Origin: Tubiluchus corallicola
Lineage: Eukaryota; Animalia; Priapulida
DNA length: 64,000 bases
Assembly (NCBI GenBank): GCA_030141605.1
Contig: JAQGDQ010000082.1
Location: forward strand, 558,001-622,000
Reading direction: 5' to 3'
Part shown: positions 50,980 through 64,000 of the stretch, piece by piece
Numbering within the stretch: the first letter of the stretch is position 1
Layout: every line of letters starts with the position of its first letter
Notes under the pieces: generated by a model
Databases searched by the model: none
Seen by the model: only the letters and a program-made list of their open reading frames with translations
Told to the model about the DNA's origin: nothing
Translations under genes and position numbers: made by a program

Positions 50980-53900
50980 TTAAGGTCTTAGCCTGTCTAA
51001 CCGTTCAACTGTATGCCGATATTCCTTCTCCGTCTCCTCGTAGAGTTTCTGCAGTCTATCTAACCGATCTTGGGGGGACAAATTATCAAATGTGGCATTT
51101 ATTTCCTCTGACGAGAGTGCCTTTTTTAGTTTTTCGTGAAACTGTTTGTATTTACTGAAAGGTTTATTGAGCCTGTTTTTCACATCGAGACGATAAATCT
51201 TGTACTCGCTTTCGTCTGACGTGTTCGTTACTCGAAGACGGAGGATTTCATAAACCCGCCTTGCCTGCTTCTTATTAATACGTAACTTCTCCCGAGCCTC
51301 TGATGCCATTGCACTCGAGAATCCTTCCTTCAATCTATCTGAATTGAATGCTTCCAATTTAGAACAGTTTTTGGCGTCGACGTAGTCACGAATGCGCATG
51401 AAATCATCCGAAGGATCCTCGACCGTAATGTCGACTACGTCAGAAACATGAATTATATCATCATACACGGCTTGGAGCAGACGAGATCCAAGACCCTGCT
51501 TCTGGAATGGAGGCAGGATAAGCATCTGACTAATCCTTGGCCTAATTTTCTGCAAGGAAAAAATTGCTTGCATAAAATTGTACTGAAAACGAGCAGAAAC
51601 TCGCATTTTAAATGCTAAAATTTGACAGGAAGAAAAACGGTTCTTATTTTTTTACTGTCAGTTTTAAATGCAATAATTTTTACCTTTGGATATGCATAGT
51701 AGTTATAAACGGTCATGTAACCGGCTATGCTGTATATCGGATTGCCTTCGGTCACATTTTTTTCAAATATAAGATAGTAATTCCATCTATAAATTATGAA
51801 AGAAAATAGTTTTTTAATGTTACTGAAAATAAAATACAATACGTAAGCACATATATAGGTTTACATTAAACTTTTATACACACACACACACACGCACAAT
51901 TCGCAAAAATGCACATGCACAGGCAATATTTTAAATTGACAGTAATAAAGTACAGTCAACCTCGGGACCAGAAAACACTGTCCCTTGTATCCGAAGTTGA
52001 GTCAGACCGAGGGTGTATCTAGACCTGTACTTTTACCCATATTTTTAGGGATTATTGCTACACATTCAGTGCAAATGGTATGTAGTGATGCGAGATGTAT
52101 GTGACCGCGGAAACCGAACTCTTCAAAGGCCGAGTTTGCGAAAAAAAATGAGGTTAAAAATCGATCAATTTCGCTTTGATCATAGGGTCCCTTATATGTG
52201 AAATAATTTACCTGGGTTTCTATTACGTGGAACCAGAAGATATCGTCCCTTATAATCGAAAGTCCCTTATATCCGAGTACCTTATATGCGAAGATTTTTA
52301 CATAGGAAAAAGGTTACGAAAAATCGGGACCGGTGTTCGTGGTCCTTATAAGCGAACACCTTATACCCGAGGTTGACTGTATAGTAAACAATAAAGACTC
52401 TAAACACTACAAAGAGAAATGAGTTTGTGGATGAAGAGAGAAGCAACGATGTGAACATAATGGTAAGAACAAATCTCAAAAAAAATTAGCTGAAAATCTC
52501 AACAAATAACTATAATATTAATTATAAGATTTGACTTGCATAAGTCACTAATATCAGAAATATGGGTGAATGTCTGAGCAGAGGAATGGTTCAACAACAC
52601 TTCTCATTTCAAAAACAGAGGCTATTGCCTATTACCTATCGTCATCAGCATCAATGAACGAAGCCCCATCTATGAACCATAGTATAAAAGTCTGCAAACG
52701 CTCGTGGTACTCCCGGAAACCAGGAGAAGACATGTCAGCCTTGTAGACTTCATATGTTTTATTTTTTATGCCTGAAACAAACATAAACAAATGCATAGAA
52801 AAGGAGCACAAACTTTGAAAAAAGTTTACAGTTAAGAAATAAACAAGTATTCAAATAATCTTGATAGCAATTATCTATTGTTTAATGTATCAGAACCAAA
52901 CAGCAGCCAAATTATAATTTTATAATGTCGCAAATCTACGAGAAAGGCAGCAATTTTCCTCCTAGATCCTCTATCAGTCTTTTAATCGGGCTAAACACCC
53001 ATAAATACATGCTTACACATAAATACTACACTACGCATACATAAATACTATACCATCATTTTGCATTGATAGACAACTTTCATTATGCATTGACACACCT
53101 TTGTCGAAAGTGTTGATTAAACAACCGAATGGCTTGAAATCTTCATCTTTCGGCAATTGCAACGTAAAATCATCTAAAGTTTGGCAATAACCTGGTGGAA
53201 TAACCTGCAAACATAGCAAATTTTGTAGCTAAAAAAATACTACTTTATAAAACTTCAAACAATGAACGTGCTAGGTGTTACCAACATCGCTACCAGTGTT
53301 TATGCACCACCGTAAATTAATTTTCCAACTACTGTAAACCTAATATGTATCACGGCAACTGAAAGATTATACCATGCTAGATCCCATTACGAGACTAAAT
53401 TTCCTTTCAAATGCATGTCCATAATTTTAGTACAGTAGGCGCCGCTTAACAGACTCACGGTTAATAGACTCGTCGCGTAATTGACTCAAAAATGCCCAGT
53501 ATGGGTCACTTCTATTCAAATGTACATAAAAACTGTCGGTAATTAACTCTAATAACTCCGCATAATTGACTCAACATTTTTGCTTCACATGCTTCAATAA
53601 GACACTTTCGTGTGACTAATAAACTTTTATGACTTTTACATTATCTTAGTTCGCTTTTGTCCTATAATATACATAGAAACAATCATGTTAAGTACTGTTT
53701 TTTTGTTTGTAAGCAGGAATGTTTATCATACGTTAATATGCTAGCCTAATGGTTTGCTTTGACCTGCCGGTCCACTCCAATTAACCTCGTAACCCAAGAA
53801 TTCCTAGGAAACTAAACATTTAATCACTTGCTTAGCAGTTTGCTTTTGAAGCTCTGGCTGTCTTTCCCAGAAAGTTTAATCAGTGAGATATTGCTGTTAT

Positions 53901-55877
53901 GCCAGGGATGCAGGTACAGTACAGTAAGTACATCACATTATAGTACGCGGGCGCTTAGACGAAGCTACAGACGCAGCTGCGGGGAAACACGAGTATTTGA
54001 CAAGAATTTGCGCATCATACACAACAGATTTTCAATGTCTTTATCATTATGAGAACTTTGTGAGCCAACTTCTTCGCGATAAAATGAAAAAGCCGACTTT
54101 GATGGAATTTTTGTAATTTTTGCAAATAGACAGACTTGTGTGATTTAGAAAAGTAAATCACCCATCGGTTAATTGGGTCAAAACACTTCGGTCCTAAATT
54201 GAGTCTATTAAGCGGCACCTACTGTATCGCCAAAAAATTTCAATTCGGTAAACTATTGCGCCGATCAATGCTGAATTTATGAAGAAATGTAAAAATAAAA
54301 TATTTAAATCTTACAGCAAAACTTGTGGTTTTGAAATGTTTAGAAAATTTAAAATTTTGAAATGTTTAGCACATTGTTACGACAAAATTATTTACATTTG
54401 GAAACCATATTTCGTACAATTGCCTTCCCGATGAGATCCCTATCCCAGGTTTTAATCACTCAAGCTGTTTTGTTGCACTACTTAGTACTTATTTCACATT
54501 ATCATACGTAGTCTTCGTAATTTTCAATGTGATGGTTTGCGGAATGGTTTGTAGCAAACGATATCGATTTTTTATTAATTTTCCAAAGAAGTAAAAAACT
54601 TTGTGGGTTTTATTCGCATTTGCTTTAACTTTTTTGAAGTTCTCGCACATTACAGCGGTAACTTATGGTTGATCGGTGATCTTCCGATATCGGCAATAAG
54701 GGAAGTTGATTGGTGCATTACTCAAAAATACTGATCAGCCAATCACTGTTACAGACACATACCCACAACTTTATCATTAGCAAAACATTTTAATTTGCCC
54801 ATTATAGTTACATGTCCTTACCTTGGCTATAGTTGCCAGAACACTGTCAGGTTGAACACCGTCAAAACTTGCCGAGTCCACTTTTTCTTTGTAAGAGATG
54901 GCAAGATAAGTGGTTAACTTAGATGCACTGTAATAGAGTTCAACCTAAAAAGTAGAAAAAGCAAATAAAGTGAATATGCAAATGTAATTTAAGTAAGTTA
55001 AGTAAGTAATCCGTAAAGAGAACTTCCGATTGTGCACAATCCATAAAAGCCAGATTGTACAATGTCGCTTTGCATGTGGCATCCCTAAAGTAATCGGACG
55101 TACAACACTACTACAAGTTATCCATCTTCATCTACTCGACAATCCATACTTGACACAACCATTAACAAAATATCAATTCTATAGATAGTAACACGCTTAA
55201 CCTGTTGCACATTTTCATTTGCGATTTTTAATTAAAAGTAACTATACTACCAATAATTAAACATGTGCTGCCACCCACATTTTTAATTGTTTATTATAGT
55301 ATCTTAATTAAAGTTTAATCCAGGTTGTAGCCTTGGTCTGTGCTGCTCACCTGTACCTGCTGGGCTTCCCATGTATGGCAATGAAGATTGCTAGTGAGTT
55401 TTACTAGCCAATCAGGAAGCTCAGCAGGTGCACGTGACTTGGGTAGCTCTGCCAAGGTCAGCCTCCTAGGGCCTTTTTTTCTTCCTTCTGATTATTGCTG
55501 CTGAGTTGTCACTATGTGTGCTTTCCTATCATGTAAATAGTGTAAATAGCAAATAAAATCTTTCACAGTTCAATGCAGTTTTCTATTCTCTAATTTTATG
55601 TAAACTAGTCACATGATTCAGTCTAAAAATATCTATTTCGAATTCTCTAAAAATTCAGCTACAGTAAGTCCTCACTTAACGATGCTAATGTGTTCCAGCA
55701 AAGCGCGAAATTAAGTGAAACATCGTTAAATGAAGCCAAGACTTCCATAGAAAGTAATGTAAAAGAACTGAGATATGTTCCATAGGCAAAAAAACCATTG
55801 CTGCTCAAATCATATAAATTAAAGGTTTTATGCGTTTTACTCATGTTTCTACTGATTAATTTTTTCTGGTTGCTGGA

Positions 55878-55915
<38 letters not shown>

Positions 55916-56738
55916 TACTAACCCAGCTAGAGGTTTGTCCTTAGTTAACATTTAAGTGTAGGCAGCAGTTAAATAATAAACACTGCGGCACAGTCAAAGC
56001 CAAGCGCTGGGCGATCTTAAGAATTTTATCTAGCCTAGCACTTATCTAGTCTTTACTGTGTAGCAAAGGTTTCAGTCAAAATTCCTTGCTCCCATGTTTT
56101 GCTTGATATAAACGGCTTGCATTTAGTAGTCAGTTGGGAAGCAAAAATGTATACTCGTATAATAATTGCACTGTTTATGTTATTAGTGCATTTTTAGAAC
56201 AGAATAACACAATATGTTCAATGCACCAAATTAGGTAAAAATAACAATTTGGTCTCGCACAAAGTAAAAAAATGTCGTTAAAACGAAACAGTGCCTCATT
56301 AAGTTAAGGTGTCAAATGGTTAGCGTCGTTAAGCCAAAACGTCGCTAAACGGAGAATCGTTAAGCGATGACTTACTGTACAAGTGGTTCAGTCAATCTAT
56401 ATAACCAATTTTCTATATAATCCTTTCGCAGCTAAACACAGCAGTTAAAATGCATTACACCAACCAAATACAAGTCGGCAATTTCAACTTATTGACAACA
56501 TAATAAACAGACTACGTGCCTTTAATCCCTTGTAACCGAAAATACTTTCACTCTCTCCAAACAACTGATGTGATAATTCAGGATGAAACGTTGTACGTTC
56601 GTCATGTATATCATCTTGTTGTTTAACAAGTTTAATATGTACAGCACCATTTGCATGGCACACAAAGTCTTTCAATTTATTTTGCAAAATTGAAATATTA
56701 TCATCACCACACACATTTCCGAAAGTAACTCCCGCCAT
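50980..56738 (-). CDS. HAT1: Histone acetyltransferase type B catalytic subunit, 6 exons, 418 aa
   Basis: Exons 56738-56520, 54944-54822, 53204-53099, 52771-52636, 51786-51684 and 51549-50980 (1257 nt). Motifs FHPELSHQLFGESESIFGYKGL, YHERLQTFILWFIDGASFID.DD.RW, YNYYAYP, RPRISQMLILPPFQKQGLG and DITVEDPS. Confidence 0.96.
51953..52379. mobile_element. Tc1/mariner-pogo-type MITE in HAT1 intron 4
   Basis: TIRs CAGTCAACCTCGGG / CCCGAGGTTGACTG, flanked by TA on both sides. Confidence 0.85.
53433..54224. mobile_element. Tc1/mariner-pogo-type MITE in HAT1 intron 2
   Basis: TIRs CAGTAGGCGCCGCTTAACAGACTCA / TGAGTCTATTAAGCGGCACCTACTG, TA TSD, and subterminal TAATTGACTC repeats. Confidence 0.88.
55662..56377. 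mobile_element. Tigger/pogo-like MITE in HAT1 intron 1
   Basis: TIRs CAGTAAGTCCTCACTTAACGAT / ATCGTTAAGCGATGACTTACTG, TA TSD, and an internal (TA)n at ~55881-55913. Confidence 0.85.
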
Positions 56739-59624
56739 TTTTGAGAGCCTATGAACTTCTGCAAAAAGAAGCGCACCACGTTACTAACTATTTTCCTGTT
56801 CCGCTTTTCAGACCATCGGATTTTTCAGACTACCGACACAGTGTTGATAACCCTTTCACCAACGGTAATTCTTTAAAGTATTCCCATATTTTTGTGAAAA
56901 ATTGCAAACTCTACCTATAACGTTATGCGATATTGCTACCACATGGCTAAAATTGGCGCCACATGACAGTCTGATACTGGATGTATAATATTATTCAATT
57001 CAATTTTCAATTTATTTATGCTTTTCTTGCATAATATAGGTAGCCACCCTAAAATAGTATAGAAGAATAGTGTGCAAGATAATCAATAAAGCAATAATAT
57101 TGTAAAAATATGCGTAACAAAATTATTGGCAATTAACAAAAAATCTGTTTTATTTACAGATAATCGTAACTGTAACAGTTACTGTATTTCAGTTCTTCCT
57201 CTTTGTTTTATTAGCAACTCACTTTGCCAAAGGTGTTTAACGGCACTAGTGACGTCTTCTGCACTAGCAAATGCATCTCGAAGATGAAATCACAGCAGTT
57301 ATTAATTATTATTAACTCAATTATTTTTTGTTTGATTTTGGGTTTTCCAGTTAAACAGACTGAGCTGAGTGATGCACTTCAGCGCACAAATGCATTGATA
57401 ATGAATAATTAATATCATGATTACATGAGTAACAGCTTATTTTCGTGTAAATATACTAAGGAAGGATTTTTAGTGTGTATACGTAATGCCATCCTATGTG
57501 AATAGGTCGAATGATCATTCACGTACAAATAGACTGAAGTTCACTTTCAGTGTGAGTAAGCTGAATAACCATTTTTACTACAGACAGGTCCACTATGCAT
57601 TGTATAGTATTATAATTTTTAGTCAGTATTGCAGCAAACGTAATTCAAGTATGATGACAGTTACAGATAATGTCAATTAAGATATTACAGATAAGATATT
57701 ACATGATAAAGTAATGACAGTACAGTTGATCTAAGTTCAAAAGTTAATGAGCATTATTAATTTACATGGGCAGCACTGTATAAAACTGAATAGTTCATAA
57801 GAAAAAGAAACGGCCAAAATCACCTACATACAAGGAAATATAAATTTATTTTTAATGTAAAGAATGTCACTATATCTCTACATATAACTGTCAGAAATAT
57901 TATAAAAATTTATGTAGTTCATTATGTACACATAATCACGACGAAATCAGTGAATCGTCTGGATCTGGTAAAAATAATGATGTTCTACAGGACTGTACAA
58001 AAGCTAATTTTTTACAAGTTAACTATGACACCTACTAACACTTTTACTTTCATAACATTACAAGAATTATTACAAAACACCACAAAAACAACAACATGAG
58101 TATGTTTGCTCATAGATACTGCAATATAATCACATTACTTTCGTAATGTCATGATTAAGTTTTGCTCATTAACAAACAAATAACAATTATGTATTTTTGC
58201 ACAGACTGTGAGTTCCCCCTTTTAAAAAAGATTTAACGGCAAAGATTGAATGGCAAATTGACACTCTAATGAACAGCAGTTTGTGTATGCCATGTGAAAG
58301 CTTTGGTTCACAAATAATTAAAATAAAATTTCACAAACATTAAAATAGCTGCTGGTTTGAATCATTATCTTTGCCCCTAAGCAGTTCATATTTCAGTTTG
58401 TTTCATAGCTGCCTTTGTTTGGACACTGTAAACATTATTATTTTTTATAGTAGTTAATCATAACATCTGGAATGTGCAAAATAACAATGGAAACAAAATT
58501 CAATTCACCCTTAAAAATAAATAATATTATGATTATAGGTGGACGTGTTCAGTTTGGTACAAGTAGAACTACACACAGTGCACTTGTAAACTTAAAGTAT
58601 CTATAGCTTCATGATAACAACAGCTTAAAATTCCCAAAACATACAAGTAAAAGTATAAGGTTTCCCATGCTGAATCACCAATGCATTCACAATTTCACTA
58701 ACAGTTTGTATAAATTTTTATTACAACAATTTTGTAATAAGGCAATCTCAACAGGATGCAGTACAACTGGCATTACCAGAATATACATATATACCTTTCT
58801 AATATAAGCAGAAAGTTACTTTACCTTAAGCATTTAAACAGTGAAAGAAGTTCTACTAGAAATTGCAGAAAATTTGTAGTAAAGCACACACTATGACAAC
58901 CAGCTCTATTATATACTAGGTCACACAATTTTCAGAAGTACATTAATTTCATTTTTATTATGCAACAAAGTAACAAAATGGTTGGGCGGATTTCCACATT
59001 ATAGGACGGCTTCAATAACCCTCAGTACTAATTCAAATTCATGTCATTCATTGCTATTATACTAAGGCAGCACTAACAAGTCTCACAAGTACAAGACTGA
59101 ATTAGACAATTATTATTATAAACTCTATCATAATACCTCAAATTTCTCAGTAGCCGAGTAATGACCAATTGAAAGCTTCTACCAGTGCTGTGGAAAAATT
59201 CACAGCATGTCAACTGTACACAAGCTGATTATATGCATACCACAATACAACATATGAGGACGGTACAATCTTCATATCAGACGGATCATATAAGGACAAT
59301 TAATACACAGTGTACATAGCAGTGTAGTACATGAGCTAATTACATTTATACTACATGTGCAGTATAACAAACAAGGACGGTACAGTCAGCTGGATCATAT
59401 AAAAAACAACTGGTATATAGAATACACTGTACAAAATACAACATTTATGTAGATCAACTAAATAATACATTTCAAAATATAATAACTAAGAAATATATTG
59501 CTTTGCATATTATACACACATCTCTAAGGTTAAGATAATCTTCATAATAGTTATTTGTATCTTATTTAAAGAAACATCTCATTTATAAAGATCACAGTCA
59601 AAAGTAGGCTGCTCACAACTAACA

Positions 59625-62600
59625 TCAGATTTTGGGCTTAAAGCGTGACATATAGAAGTCGCAGTCTGAACAGTACAATGCTGGTGGTACAATGTGTTTG
59701 ACCCGGCACAAATGACAGGGCACAGTCCTTATTCCTTCTTCTGGCATTGGGAATTCCTGGACTCCATTTGTGCGATTCTTATTTGGCATCTTTAGTGCTG
59801 GTTTAGGAGGAGAAGCAGTCTTTGGAATGGGAACACCGGTTTCGTTCATGTCTACGCAAATCTCAGCTGGTTCTTCACAAAATGTAACACGTCGTACACC
59901 ATCTGCCTGAGATGTTGACGGTTGTTTCTCACGTTTCCTTGGCAACGTGCAGTAGTTTGATATCCGCTTGTTATCAGTCTCATTAAGTACAGTTCTCATT
60001 CCTTCAGTATCAGCTGATGATGTTCTCACTAATTCGAACCTCCTTGCAAGCTCTTTAACATTAAGTTTTGTACTGTTCTCATCAACTTCATCTTCATTAA
60101 TATTCACAAAGGCTGGTTTGACAAACGTCCTTTCCAGCCCAACAGTAAAACCAGAACTGTCATCATTATTAGTTCTCACTGGTTCAGATTGTACACTACA
60201 AGTATCACTCTCTGTCCATGGTTTATCAGTTTCTCGGTTTTGAATTCTATTATATTCTTCTAAGTTTGAACTCGACAAATTAAGTTTTCGTTTCGCAATT
60301 TCTGCTTTTTGCTTCTCTTGCAAGTCAAGTTCACGCAAACGGCTACTGTATAACAATTCCAATTGTTTTTTCACATTGTCCACAGATTCACTGGGTTTTG
60401 AAGGAGATGGCGATTCTTTCTGTTCATTATCGCCCTGGCCAGAGAAGCTTGCAGAACGATTAAGAGTAGTTCCAAATCGCACACTATAAATACCTTCATT
60501 TTCTTGTGAAGATAACTGCTTGGGTTCTAAATCTGTATATTCTGCGTTAATACTGTTAATACGACTTGCCAGACTACCATCCGAAGCACTCAATTTGTCA
60601 GAAGTACGAGACCCGCTTGCAGACGCACTTAACGAATCAACATAGGAGTCATCATTAATGAGTAGGCCCAGTCGTTGAGCTGCCAAAGGCTGACTGCCAT
60701 CTGAAGGGAGTGAACTTAAACAAACATCAGTTCCACCACCTAAGCTATTTAAACTAGTTGACGAAGCAAACATAGTCTCTGCACCACAGTTGCCCGATTC
60801 CAAATTAGTATCACTCAATCCAGCTCGAAGATCTGGCAAGCTTTGATTCCGACTTCGTTCCCCCTGTGAACTGCGTAGTTTATTCTTATCCCGTGCTTTT
60901 AGTATTTTCATTAATTCGACTGCACTTGGCTTGCGCACAGACATTTGAGGAGTTTTGGAAGTGGTCGGCTGCACACCAGACACTGGTCCTGTTACTGTTG
61001 ACACGGATGAGACAGAGCTATTTGACTGTATCGAGGACTGACGTGAATGATTAACTTCCGGTAATGGAAGCGAATACGGCAAGCCAGTTGTTGCGACAGT
61101 AGTTGTGGTAATTGGTGACGGAGTATAATGACAAGAAGCAAAAGATGAAGCTGCAGGAAAATTGTAAGCAGACATAGGTGCACGAGATTCTTCTACTACT
61201 TGGCTGCTCGACTTCATCCCATAATTTCTGTAAGTGAAAAGAAAGCAAAATGGAAACGGTGTGATAAACTGGTTTTGGCATTTCAAATTATTTGGTGAAC
61301 TGTTTTATTTATGAATTCACAAAGCAAGTACTTGGGAATATATTGAAAATGGCACACATTATCTACATTATATATTGAACAAAGGCAACTGTTGCGTCAA
61401 AATAACAAACTCTGAAAATAATTTGCATGTAAAAGGCAGTAAAAGAATTACTGTGAAGTAAGAAATGACATCTCGATCACGAAGAGTCAAGTTGGCTTTG
61501 CGTTAAATGTGCCTCTAAGTCACATCAATTTATTTGCCAGCAGCTTGGGACATATCAGGAGTCTGTTGTGTAGGTCTTTTTCACGTTTTATTTAGTATGA
61601 AACACTAACATTCAGAATTTTATAGTATGAAGTACTAGCATTCAGAATTTTATATACTTCAGGTAAAATAAAGAAGTATACAATATTATTAAATTCGAAC
61701 TACTGTTGATAATAGCAACAACAACATCTAATTTCAGCAAACAAAAATATGTGCTTACCTATTGTTAATCATTGCATGCTGCTGTTGTTGCTGTGGGTTT
61801 ATTCGTTGATATAGCGTAGTTAGGTGCAGAGAAATTGTGTCATATTTGACTCGTGCATGTTCTAAAGATTCTGCATCTGGTGCTGAAACCTCTAAAGCTT
61901 GTTGAACGCAACCTTAAATAAATTAACAAAACATATTTAAAATAAAATGTCTAAAAGGTTTCTAAATTAAACCAGAAACCTTTTAACAACTGTTCTGGTG
62001 ATATGTTTTGTCTCGCATAGACTTTAAACATGCATTTCAAAGCAGCACAAGTGACATGGTTACATTTTCCATTACATTTAATCCTATTTTCAATGAACTT
62101 GAAATGATTATAACTTCATATGATCTATACGGAAAACAAAAATTCTCCTTACAAAAAATCCATACCTGAAGTCTGTTAGCAAACTGATGAAGCACTTTTT
62201 CATAGCAGAAATTAAAAAAAAACAAGACAAAAATTGTTTTTTGAAGAAAATTAACAACTTACTTGATGCAGCTGTGCAAAGAGCTAAAGCAGTCTTCAAG
62301 TCTCCATAAGTCTCTCTAATTCTTGACTGTTCCAAAAGACTGTCTGCTTCTAAGCACAAACTCTCGCATGGATTCTTGCAACCAACGATGACAGCTTTTG
62401 TAATTGGATCAGGATTACTAAAGTCTGTCATTTGATGTTCCATACTTTGGTCCAAAGTTAAATCGCATTCGGTGCTTTGATGTGATGTAATTTCCTCTTG
62501 CTTCAGTGTTTGATTTTCCACAACTTTCTGCAGCTTATTTGGTTGAGTATTATGAGTAAATGACGTAGCTGAACACTGACTTGATGAAAGACTCTCCAAA

Positions 62601-64000
62601 GATGTCAACGAGTTTGTGTCATCTTGGTGTAATAATTTGTTTGGCGATTTCTTAAAACTGGCATTACTGGACATACTAGCGAAGCTTTCAGTGCTACCAT
62701 GCAATCGGGAGTCTTTAAAGTCGTAATGAATTGCACGTACTGGAGCAGTCAGATTCATGACAGTGTGGTCTGAATTATGCCGCCGTTCCGGAATTCCTTT
62801 ATTATGCTGAAACCAGTTCAGCAATGCATTCATTGACTTAGCCTGATTTTCTGCTGCAGGAGGGGATTCGGTGGAGGAGCTTGTGCTGCTAGCACTATTC
62901 CGGTCGCCACTCTTGTAGCCAGAATCTCGCCTATGCGCCATGACAATAGCTTCAGGTATGTCAACTTTTAACTCTCCTTGGTAGCGCCGACGTGCTGCTT
63001 GCTCTGCAAACGATTCTATACTACTGTTACTGCTTCTGCTACCTGGAGTACCAGTAACTGGGCTACTCGACTTCTGAAAGTGTTTCTGCATGTTCAGTAC
63101 ACTCTCAACTGTACGTCTATCAATATAGGAATTTTCAATTGAGTTGCACTGTCCGTGGGTTTCAGGAGCGCTGAAGCCGTTTGATGTGAGATCATAACCA
63201 TTGCATGTAGACGAAGACGTTAAGGACTTGTTGTGAGGCAGTGTGGTATAACCATTAATAAGGTTACAGTCTGATGATGCAGCATTCAAAATGTTATTAT
63301 ACGACGCTGAAGTGTGCATTACTTTTGCAACAGCAGGATCAGTGATCTGATTAATTATACTTCCATCAGTTGCAAAGTGTCCAGGCTGAGAAGTGTTGCT
63401 ACCACTACCTCCTGCATGACATCGAATTATGTCGGTGCTCAGACGATCCCGTCCGCCACGTAAGCTTTCTCCTCTTTTTATCTGATTTGTGTGCACATGA
63501 GAAACTGGCTTTCTTAATGGTGAACTAGAAGCTTTTGCGGCATTGTTGCGGTAATGATTATTATTTGACAGTGTGTACTCAAAGTCTTCAACTGGTCCAG
63601 TAATCTGTCCTGACCATGACTGCTCTGATGAACAACTTGAATAGTCCTGTAGTGAGTGCCTCATGATGGCCTCAAGTGAGTCATCAGTTTTATTTAATGT
63701 ATCATCCAATCTAATAAAAAGCAAAAGAAAAATCTGTCAAAAATGATTCTTTCTGACAAATGCAATCAAAATACTATTCTTGCACTACTACTATTAACTA
63801 CTCAAGCATTTTATATACTGATTCTTATTAAGAACTATGAAGTGAAAGGAATACATAGCTTGGTCAAACATAAAGATAAAACAATTACCACTAACTGTGA
63901 GTCAAAATTAAATCACAGAAAAACTACCACGTTACAATTATTGCCAGTGTAAAATATTATTTTAAACACTTACCTATAGCTTCCCTCAGCTCTATAGTTA
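59625..64000 (-). CDS. USP54: USP53/USP54 (echinus)-like protein, 3' exons; the USP domain would lie beyond the window end
   Basis: Exons >64000-63974, 63710-62263, 61912-61759 and 61227-59625 with consistent phases. Ser-rich disordered region containing RRDSGYKSGDRNSASS, an MIT-like helical segment (CLEADSLLEQSRIRETYGDLKTALALC) and a terminal CHLC..YCSDCDFYMSRF, all recalled from invertebrate echinus/USP54 proteins. The catalytic domain is not visible, so the name is tentative. Confidence 0.7.

Noticed and set aside
55326-55566. Possible solo LTR (TG...CA, CCAAT, AATAAA) in HAT1 intron 1
   Set aside because: No matching TSD and no second copy or PBS/PPT in the window.
59250-59410. Diverged direct repeat (GGACGGTACA...GGATCATATAA) in the USP54-like 3' UTR
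   Set aside because: Ordinary local duplication with no evidence of function.

Overview
AT-rich animal (invertebrate) genomic window with spliced genes and many transposon relics. The window holds no prokaryotic systems, CRISPR arrays, rRNA or tRNA genes that I can support. Genes in order: exon 1 of LRPAP1 (-), head-to-head with a 3-exon 4E-BP (+); two dispersed, intronless paralogues (+) encoding a predicted type II membrane protein with an EGF-like module and a class I SAM methyltransferase domain; a 6-exon WSCD-family sulfotransferase (-), head-to-head with USP39 (+, 12-13 coding exons); HAT1 (-, 6 exons, GC-AG first intron); and the 3' part of a USP54/echinus-like gene (-). Positions ~7-31 kb are dense with non-LTR retrotransposon relics, including one with a 2A-like peptide and a LINE nested in a LINE with an 8-bp TSD. 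MITEs occur throughout. The best candidate for an undescribed system is the duplicated lumenal EGF-methyltransferase pair next to the sulfotransferase, a possible Golgi glycan O-methylation/O-sulfation locus (inference only). Exon boundaries were read by eye and checked for phase; family names come from recognised motifs, not database searches.
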